From Promethearchaeota archaeon (GTDB lineage: Archaea; Asgardarchaeota; Lokiarchaeia; Sigyniarchaeales; SOKP01), in contig JAEOSU010000093.1 of NCBI GenBank assembly GCA_016840165.1, forward strand, positions 1 through 19,132: a DNA stretch of 19,132 nucleotides, given 5' to 3'. A program made the translations under genes and the position numbers. Positions 1-6,598 of the stretch are shown here, piece by piece. Position 1 is the first letter of the stretch, and every line of letters starts with the position of its first letter. The notes beneath the pieces were generated by a model that had not been told where the DNA came from, made no database searches, and worked only from the letters and a program-made list of their open reading frames with translations.

Positions 1-1
1 T

Positions 2-352
2 ACCGGTGATGCAATAAGCAAAACTGTATCCGAGAAAGCATTTAGAATCGACAAGCAACGTGAAAGTGATGAAAAAAGAAAACAATTAAAACCTGATATC
101 CAAACAGCTGGTAAAGCCATTGAAAAATTAGTTGGAGAGAAAGCCTTCATGCAAGAAAAACGTAGACAGTCAGAAGAACTGAAGAAGACTGTTAAACCCG
201 ATTTGGAAACTGCTGGTAAGGCTATAGAAAAGAGTATAGAAGAGAAAGCCTTCATGCAGGAAAAGATAAAAGAACGAAATGTTCAGAAAATGGGATTAAA
301 ACCAGATATTAAAGGAATCGGAGAAAAAATTGAAAAAGATATAGAAAAGCAT
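2..352 (+). repeat. Degenerate coding tandem repeat, 105-nt (35-codon) period, at least 3.5 units visible
   Basis: GAGAAAGC (EKA) starts at 32, 137 and 242. KPD codons start at 89, 194 and 299. The exact 18-mer AGAGAAAGCCTTCATGCA occurs at 136-153 and 241-258. All spacings are 105 nt. Confidence 0.9.
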
Positions 353-388
353 GAATCTCAAAAAGACAATCACTTAGAAAAAAATTAA
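2..388 (+). CDS. C-terminal part of a charged helical repeat protein with ~35-aa tandem repeats (5' truncated by the window edge)
   Basis: The frame of the 149..388 ORF is open back to nt 2: TGDAISKTVSEKAFRIDKQRESDEKRKQL-KPDIQTAGKAIEKLVGEKAFMQEKRRQSEELKKTV-KPDLETAGKAIEKSIEEKAFMQEKIKERNVQKMGL-KPDIKGIGEKIEKDIEKH...; TAA at 386-388. Met149 lies inside a repeat, so it is not the true start. Confidence 0.85.
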   Translation, partial: TGDAISKTVSEKAFRIDKQRESDEKRKQLKPDIQTAGKAIEKLVGEKAFMQEKRRQSEELKKTVKPDLETAGKAIEKSIEEKAFMQEKIKERNVQKMGLKPDIKGIGEKIEKDIEKHESQKDNHLEKN

Positions 389-397
389 AATATCTTA

Positions 398-898
398 CTA
401 AAAATAAATATTAAACCGAAATAAAGAATTAAGATTAATATTATCTAATCTCTTTTTGTATGATTTAATACGAGGATCGATAATTCCGTTAAATTGATTA
501 ATGCTTGTTTCAAATCGAGAATAAAAATCTTCAACAATTTCGTTTAAAATACCTCTTTCTATTTGTAAATTAGTTTTTCTAGTTATAGCGATAACTAATA
601 ACCTTTCTTTTCTGGCATATAACAATCTGGTTTCTTGAAAATTAATCTCTTGAATCTCATCGCTTTTAGATTGAGATTTTATTTCTTTAATAAACAGATT
701 TAATGCATTCAAAAACCCACTAATCAAATCCTCATTTGAGGAAAATTCTGAATCATTTGTATATTTTTTACTCAAAAATAATGCTCCTGTTAAATTATCT
801 AAGAAATAAATTGCATGAAATCGCGATTTTTGCAAATCTATTTTCTCTAGTGCGAATCCATATTCTTTTGGGTTATAATATTCTCTTTTAAACGACAT
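398..898 (-). CDS. Longin-like (longin/roadblock superfamily) domain protein
   Basis: Pattern typical of Asgard longin-like proteins: hairpin AIYFLDNLTGALFLSKKY, helix EDLISGFLNALNLFIKEI, strands IQEINFQETRLLYARKERLLVIAIT, then helix ILNEIVEDFYSRF. Confidence 0.7.
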   Translation of the reverse strand: MSFKREYYNPKEYGFALEKIDLQKSRFHAIYFLDNLTGALFLSKKYTNDSEFSSNEDLISGFLNALNLFIKEIKSQSKSDEIQEINFQETRLLYARKERLLVIAITRKTNLQIERGILNEIVEDFYSRFETSINQFNGIIDPRIKSYKKRLDNINLNSLFRFNIYF

Positions 899-1160
899 AA
901 TTCAATATCCTAAGTTCTTCGATAAAATATTTTGTATCTAATAAATATCAATATAGGATTAATAGACTTCTTTTTAAAATCTAAATGTTATCTTTATGTT
1001 ATTTAGAGTATATATTTCCCCGATCCTCTATCATTAGGTAGCTGAGGTACAAATCCAAATATGTTAGTAATAAAAGAAAATATAAAGAAAAATCAATAAG
1101 ATATAAATAAATTGAAGTTCATATTAGAAATAATATCTTTTTACTAATTTTCTATTTTTG

Positions 1161-1634
1161 ATGGACATGATCGAAAAAAATAGCGAAGAATCCCAAAAAA
1201 ACAAAATTTCTAATGGCTTAATCATAACTAAAGAGCATTTAAGATCGACTATTTTTCCTGAAGAAGTTCAAAATGAAATTGATGAATCTCCATATTATTT
1301 ATTGATCTTCATATCGCGAGAGGATGTGATTAAAATCTTTTGTTTTCCTACGCTAAACAAGAAGATAAAAAAAATACTTATTAAATTAGAGGAATTCTCT
1401 CCAGAAGTAGTCAAAGGAATCTCTGAAGTATTAAACAATCTTCAGCTCAATAAGGATATTCTTCATACCACCGGAATTTGCTATGAATTAGAAAAATGCT
1501 TTTATGAAACTTATTTAGTCGGAGAGGCGCTAGAAAAAGGTAATATATCAATGTCCTTAATAAATGAAAAATTTATGGCAATCCCACGAGTGAATAAGGT
1601 ATCTATAGAAGATATTCCGATGATTGATGAATAA
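1161..1634 (+). CDS. Hypothetical protein, possible C-terminal ACT-like domain (putative ligand- or metal-responsive regulator)
   Basis: 158-aa ORF (TTG 1158; ATG 1161 or 1167 more likely). The C-terminal half fits an ACT-like beta-alpha-beta-beta-alpha-beta pattern (KKILIKL..SPEVVKGISEVL..ILHTTGIC..CFYETYL..FMAIPRVNKVSI). The fold call is inference. Confidence 0.5.
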   Translation: MDMIEKNSEESQKNKISNGLIITKEHLRSTIFPEEVQNEIDESPYYLLIFISREDVIKIFCFPTLNKKIKKILIKLEEFSPEVVKGISEVLNNLQLNKDILHTTGICYELEKCFYETYLVGEALEKGNISMSLINEKFMAIPRVNKVSIEDIPMIDE

Positions 1635-1705
1635 TAATTTGTTAAGTAAAATTCACTTTTTAATGATTAAAATAGAAATATTTATACCTTTTATTTAAGA
1701 TTAAA

Positions 1706-1906
1706 ATGAATGAGAAACCGCCGCCACCTACTCTGCCACCAACTATTGTAATAAATAAGGATTTTTGTTTATTTCATAAAGGCAGAATACAAGGAGAAAG
1801 ATATACTTGCCCGAGATGCAAGACACAATATTGTCTTAATTGCGCTTTAAAAGCAAAACAAGAAGGAAGCCTTTGTGTAAAGTGTAAGCAATTAATCGAT
1901 CTTTAA
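1706..1906 (+). CDS. Small RING-like double zinc-finger protein with N-terminal polyproline
   Basis: Eight ligands spaced C-x2-H-x10-C-x2-C-x4-C-x2-C-x10-C-x2-C; N-terminus PPPPTLPP; TATA-like TTTATA at 1681-1686, about 25 nt upstream of the ATG. Confidence 0.75.
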   Translation: MNEKPPPPTLPPTIVINKDFCLFHKGRIQGERYTCPRCKTQYCLNCALKAKQEGSLCVKCKQLIDL

Positions 1907-1923
1907 TTTCACATCAATTTTTT

Positions 1924-2313
1924 CTAAACTTCTCTCTTTTTTATTGAATCTAATGAACGCCATGCTTTCCAAAAGATTAACCAGAGAATTATAAATATAA
2001 AAATTGTTGTCATAAATGTATAACCCCCAATAAATGGATCAATTAAGAATATGAATGGTATACCGGATATTGAAAAGCCAATAAGATACCCATAACCCCA
2101 ATATCGATTTTTTAAAGCAAACATTATCCCTGGAATCATAGTTGTTAAGATTATAGAAAGAAATGCAAGTACTTCTAAAGATGAGGGTGAATTTAGAATC
2201 ATTAACATATTAAACCATGATATAAAGATACCTAAGAAAAAACAAATTATTGTGCCTATATCAATTCTTAATTCTGGTTCTCTATTTTCTTTTAAGTTCT
2301 TTCTCGGCTTCAT
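1924..2313 (-). CDS. Small integral membrane protein (~4 TM helices), unknown function
   Basis: Four hydrophobic segments, basic N- and C-termini, and a GGAG SD-like motif upstream of the ATG. Confidence 0.75.
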   Translation of the reverse strand: MKPRKNLKENREPELRIDIGTIICFFLGIFISWFNMLMILNSPSSLEVLAFLSIILTTMIPGIMFALKNRYWGYGYLIGFSISGIPFIFLIDPFIGGYTFMTTIFIFIILWLIFWKAWRSLDSIKKREV

Positions 2314-2615
2314 AATGACTCTCCAAAATAAAGAAATTTCTATCTTTATTAATATTTGTTATCTAATAAAAAAATCTCCTTTCATTTTACAAAGTATTCC
2401 CTAAATCTTTAATCTCTATTTTATAATACTACAAAATTGACAAAAGTCAAATCTTACTAAGAGCATTATTTTAAATAGGTCAAAACATATATTATTTATA
2501 AGATAGAAATTTAATCGCAGTATGAATAAATATTCAAAAAAGCGAATTTCACAATATTTAGATAAAAAAATATGAAAAGTAAATAAGATAGGGAAGAATC
2601 AAAATAACAATAACA

Positions 2616-2736
2616 AGACTCCTGCTACCGCCCTGGATTTTTGTCTTTTGGTAGTGTGTCTATACACACTCTGATTTCGCCCTCCTCCCCCTATTTTATT
2701 TCTGACCTTGTATTGAGGTCTTGGTGGCAGGAGTCT
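2616..2736. ncRNA. Candidate structured non-coding RNA or cis-element (multi-stem, GC-rich island)
   Basis: Closing stem AGACTCCTGCTACC (2616-2629) / GGTGGCAGGAGTCT (2723-2736): 13 Watson-Crick pairs plus 1 G-U on the + strand. Internal hairpins AGTGTGT-ctat-ACACACT (2653-2670) and GACCTTG-tat-TGAGGTC (2704-2720). Clearly more GC-rich than its flanks. Confidence 0.5.
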
Positions 2737-2834
2737 CCTTTTACCTATTTAAAATATTCTATCAAGTTTTTAACATTAAATTCTTTTTTAAAAAAACAGT
2801 ATGGCTTAAATCAAAAAAAAAATAAAAAAAACCT

Positions 2835-3593
2835 CTATTGTTCTATTTTTAAAAGCTTTTTCATCCAATTTGGCAAGATAAATCCAAGATAATAGAATGT
2901 GCTCGCTAATACCATAAAAATTCTAAAAACGATTAATGTCACGGGACTTAATGGCAAGAAACCATCTCCAATAGCCCCAATTGCGAAGAAATTAAAAGAT
3001 AAAACAAGAAACCTTCCTTTCCATTTTATTAATTTATCTTCACTTTTAATCGATTTAATTGCAAACTCATTACCGGTAATAGTGCTTATTAATAAAGAAA
3101 ATGCTAGAAATATCAAGGCATAACCTTTATATTCAATATCAATAACACTCTCCTTTACTCCAATTAGATTCATAATTGGAGCACCTGGTACAAGAAATAA
3201 TAGAGCTATTACATAAATGTAATATACACCAGATAATATAGCTGAAATAATTAATAAATGGTATTTTAATCGGGGATGGACTGCTGGGATATAGATTTGT
3301 AACCATGCAAATAAGGCAATGGGAACTCCTAGGGTTCCTAATAATACATATGCTGGATAGGGAATAGCGGCTTTGGTGATTAACCAATAAAGGTAACCAA
3401 ATCCACTAGGAAACCAAGGTGAAATGGTAAAAATTATGGCGAAGAAGAAATAATACAAATCTTTATATTTTAGTTGGATAGCCTTAATCAGTACCAAGAT
3501 CCCATAAAATATTGCTATAGCTACTGTGATTGTTCCTAATATGCCCGATAGTTGGCTAAGAGCATCTAATTCGATAAATAATAGTTGAATCAT
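2835..3593 (-). CDS. Stand-alone seven-transmembrane protein (Lokiarchaeia-type 7TM family)
   Basis: Seven hydrophobic segments in 252 aa, ending YYLGFILPNWMKK; no soluble output domain and no retinal-binding Lys in TM7. Confidence 0.8.
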   Translation of the reverse strand: MIQLLFIELDALSQLSGILGTITVAIAIFYGILVLIKAIQLKYKDLYYFFFAIIFTISPWFPSGFGYLYWLITKAAIPYPAYVLLGTLGVPIALFAWLQIYIPAVHPRLKYHLLIISAILSGVYYIYVIALLFLVPGAPIMNLIGVKESVIDIEYKGYALIFLAFSLLISTITGNEFAIKSIKSEDKLIKWKGRFLVLSFNFFAIGAIGDGFLPLSPVTLIVFRIFMVLASTFYYLGFILPNWMKKLLKIEQ

Positions 3594-3974
3594 ACTTGAC
3601 AGATAGTGTACAGATATATAAGCGTTTGTTTCAGTATAAATTACGAATAAAATCGCTATCTAGCTATAGAATCAATTTCTTTAAATACAAAAATATTTAG
3701 TCAATTTTTCCTAAAACTTGTTTTTGATGAATTCTTAAAATGGCGAAATATCTACAAAATTCAACTAATTTCCTAATCGCGAGCATCTACATAACCATTT
3801 TAAGAATTTTAAGTCGTGGATTTTTGCTCATTATTAAAAATAAGGTTCTTTTTTAATAATTTTATAATACGATTCCGATTATGAAACCTACTATAAAGCT
3901 TAAATTAAAAGCTTAACTAACCTTTTAATTAAATAATTATTTTACCAAAATGAAAAACTTGTGTTTTGATATAC

Positions 3975-5675
3975 ATGACTGAAGAAATAATTAGACGTAC
4001 AACAAGTATATGTCCGGAGTGCCTTCAGACCATTCCTGCCGAAATTTATGTAGATCCTGCTACTAATTTCGTTATGATGCGAAAAAATTGTAATGAACAC
4101 GGTGATTTTAAAGATAAGATTTCGATTGATCCCGAGGAATATAAATGGAGTCAAACCTTTACAGACGATATTGGATCAACCATCAACAATTCCACGAAGC
4201 CAGAAAGCGTCTCTTCAGGTATTAAAGAAATAAAAAATGGTTGTCCATATGATTGTGGTCTATGTGATAACCATAAAAGTGCACCAAACATCTGTTTGAT
4301 TGATATTACTAATAGATGTAATCTTACATGTCCCATTTGCTTTGCTAATGCAAGTGCGAAGGGGTATGTCGTTGAGCCAACCTTCGATCAGCTGGTTCAG
4401 ATTATGGAGCATTTTCGATCTATGAAACCCGTCGCAGCCGTGATGCTTCAAATTTCGGGAGGGGAACCAACTGTGCGTGATGATCTCCCAGAGATTATAC
4501 GAAAAGGCAAAGAACTTGGTTTTACAGAAGTAATGGTAACTACTAACGGAGTTCGTTATGCAAAATCGATTGATTTTATGAAGAAATGTATGGATGCCGG
4601 TATGGATGCGGTTTATTTGCAATTTGACGCAACTGATAATCCCGAAGTCTGGAAAAAGATACGAGGGGTTAATTTGTGGCCCTTAAAGCAAAGAGTCATT
4701 GATAATGCTCGTAAAATTGGGTTCTTTGGTGTTATGTTAGTACCGGTTATTGCCAAAGGTGTTAATGATAAAGAAGTTGGAAACATCTTAGATTATGCAA
4801 AAGATAATAGTGATGTGGTTTCTGGTGTCGTTTTCCAGCCAGTATCACTTTGTGGACGTATTAGTTTCGAGGAATTGATGGATTTACGATATACTACATC
4901 TGACCTTAAAGTAGCAATCAATAAGCATACTAATAATGCTATTGATAAATTCTATCCAATTGCAACAACTGCGAAAATGACGCGCTTATTAGCATGGTTT
5001 GATGATATGCCTGAATTCGGAATGACTAGCCATAAAGATTGCGGATTTGCCACCATCATCGTGGTAAATGAGAAAGATGAATGGGAACCGATTGAAAAAT
5101 ATTTCGATGCTGAAGGCTTAATTCGGTGGTCGAATAAAGTTTATGATATGGTTCAAGAGAGAGAAATTCCAAAACCAACTGGATTCTTGAAAGGTATCAA
5201 TTTAGAAGACTTTGGCGCTATTGCATCAACTGTAGGTAAATTTATTGATGATATGACTGACCTCGGTTATCGTCAGATGATGAAGGCTTATTATTTTGCG
5301 GGAGCAACTCGATATATTAAAAATCCTGAAAAGATCTTAACGAGTAAAACACTACAAGGCTTTGCTCGGTTAGTAGCGTCCCCAAATCTTGCATCAGCAG
5401 CTAACTTTTTACATACCAAAAATCTGATGATCTCGGCGATGCATTTTCAGGATGCATATAATTTTGACCTTGATAGAGTATGTCGCTGCCTTGTCCATTA
5501 CGGAGTAATTGATCCAGATGATAAAGCTAAAGTACTCGAAGTGCCTTTTTGTGCTATGAATACGCTACATAGGGAGCGCTTAGAACTAGGTAATGCCTTA
5601 AAAGGAGCCGAAGCGAAGAAACCGGAAGTTATCCAATCAGAAATAAAGGAACTATTGGAAACTGTAAAAGATTAA
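3975..5675 (+). CDS. tes: Tetraether lipid synthase (GDGT-macrocyclic archaeol synthase; MJ0619-type radical SAM enzyme)
   Basis: N-terminal CPEC...CNEH metal site; GCPYDCGLCDNH auxiliary cluster motif; radical SAM CNLTCPIC; GGEPT; YLQFD; FQPVS..GR; SHKDCG; MHFQDAYNFD..R..RC.VHY; VPFC..N. This motif order matches MJ0619/Tes. ATG 3975 preferred over TTG 3966. Confidence 0.92.
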   Translation: MTEEIIRRTTSICPECLQTIPAEIYVDPATNFVMMRKNCNEHGDFKDKISIDPEEYKWSQTFTDDIGSTINNSTKPESVSSGIKEIKNGCPYDCGLCDNHKSAPNICLIDITNRCNLTCPICFANASAKGYVVEPTFDQLVQIMEHFRSMKPVAAVMLQISGGEPTVRDDLPEIIRKGKELGFTEVMVTTNGVRYAKSIDFMKKCMDAGMDAVYLQFDATDNPEVWKKIRGVNLWPLKQRVIDNARKIGFFGVMLVPVIAKGVNDKEVGNILDYAKDNSDVVSGVVFQPVSLCGRISFEELMDLRYTTSDLKVAINKHTNNAIDKFYPIATTAKMTRLLAWFDDMPEFGMTSHKDCGFATIIVVNEKDEWEPIEKYFDAEGLIRWSNKVYDMVQEREIPKPTGFLKGINLEDFGAIASTVGKFIDDMTDLGYRQMMKAYYFAGATRYIKNPEKILTSKTLQGFARLVASPNLASAANFLHTKNLMISAMHFQDAYNFDLDRVCRCLVHYGVIDPDDKAKVLEVPFCAMNTLHRERLELGNALKGAEAKKPEVIQSEIKELLETVKD

Positions 5676-5907
5676 ATAAAATCTATAAACATTTTTTATA
5701 CTATATTTATAATACTTTTCTATATTATTTTTAATTTTTATTCATAGTTTTATATTTGTTCAATTCTAATTTTTATTCCTTTAAAATCAATTATACGCTT
5801 AGATTATTGAAAAATAAAACCTTAAATGGTTTCAATATTCTACCATTATAGAGTAAAAGATATATCGAGATATTGACATTTTAGACGGAACGAAATTTTG
5901 TTTTGGC

Positions 5908-6495
5908 ATGTTTGATAATTCTGATATGATAGGAGAGTATAAGGGGACTGTAAAAAATAAAGTGATTACTGCACTTTTGCAGTCCTATTTAGACAAATTG
6001 GATTATGATGGAATGAAATCTATTCTACGGGAGGCGGAGCTATTAGAGTTAAAAGACATGCGAGATGTAAACCAAGACGGAACGATTGATTTTTTTTCAT
6101 TCAAGAAACTGATAGCTGCTCAAAATTGTCTTCTTTATGACTCAGATGCTCTCCTTTATGAGATTGGGCGGAAATTTGCATTTTATTTGTTTCCATACGG
6201 TAAAGATTTTGAAGAGGTTATTGAAGAAATTAATAAACTTATTATTACGGATTGGAAAGTTTCTATTGTTGATAGAACTGAATACTCAGTAATAATAAAT
6301 GTTGAAAAGTGCGTTTTTTGCTCAGAAATAGGTGTTTCATGTTGTATGTTTAAAGGATTTCTTGTAAATTCTTTAGAAAAGACATTATCAACTGATTTTC
6401 GAGTGGTTCAGTTAGAATCAGAGGAGGATGTAAGCGATCCTAACCATAATACGTTTTTATTCAAATTAATGATAGAAAAAATATTTAAAATCTGA
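5908..6495 (+). CDS. V4R-domain protein (V4R/H-NOX/Bet3-like fold)
   Basis: Helical N-terminal part ending LLYEIGRKFA, then IINVEKCVFC...CCMFKGFLVNSLE, the V4R Cys cluster. The distal E-x2-C...C-x-F cysteines are not conserved. Confidence 0.72.
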   Translation: MFDNSDMIGEYKGTVKNKVITALLQSYLDKLDYDGMKSILREAELLELKDMRDVNQDGTIDFFSFKKLIAAQNCLLYDSDALLYEIGRKFAFYLFPYGKDFEEVIEEINKLIITDWKVSIVDRTEYSVIINVEKCVFCSEIGVSCCMFKGFLVNSLEKTLSTDFRVVQLESEEDVSDPNHNTFLFKLMIEKIFKI

Positions 6496-6598
6496 AATAA
6501 CGAAAAATTAATTGATATTAAAAAATCAAAGAAGAGTTATATATATCTTTAGGAAATATACATTTGCATAAAAAAATACTTTAATTAATTGAAGGGAA

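Noticed and set aside
2-352. 105-nt repeats as a CRISPR array
   Set aside because: The repeats are in frame and degenerate at synonymous positions, with no repeat-spacer structure or cas genes.
2616-2736. Element as 5S rRNA, tRNA-Sec, SECIS, C/D-box RNA or IS remnant
   Set aside because: No 5S CCGAAC loop, no T-loop or cloverleaf, no AUGA/GA SECIS core or nearby in-frame UGA gene, no UGAUGA box C (only CUGA), and no target-site duplication or transposase.
2641-2892. 83-aa + strand ORF
   Set aside because: TTG start, low-complexity product, and it overlaps the structured element and the 7TM gene end; probably spurious.
2899-3387. ORFs 2899-3123 (+) and 3139-3387 (-)
   Set aside because: Antisense or alternate-frame shadows inside the 7TM gene.
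2835-3593. 7TM protein as a rhodopsin
   Set aside because: No retinal-binding Lys in TM7 and no helix C motif.
3942-4622. Three - strand ORFs of 61-120 aa
   Set aside because: Antisense to tes, with no motifs.
5883-6085. 11-mer AGACGGAACGA repeated upstream of and inside the V4R gene
   Set aside because: A single short repeat, compatible with chance in 19 kb.
6493-6552. Sec read-through of the V4R gene's TGA stop
   Set aside because: It would add only a short featureless tail overlapping the next promoter, and no SECIS is seen.
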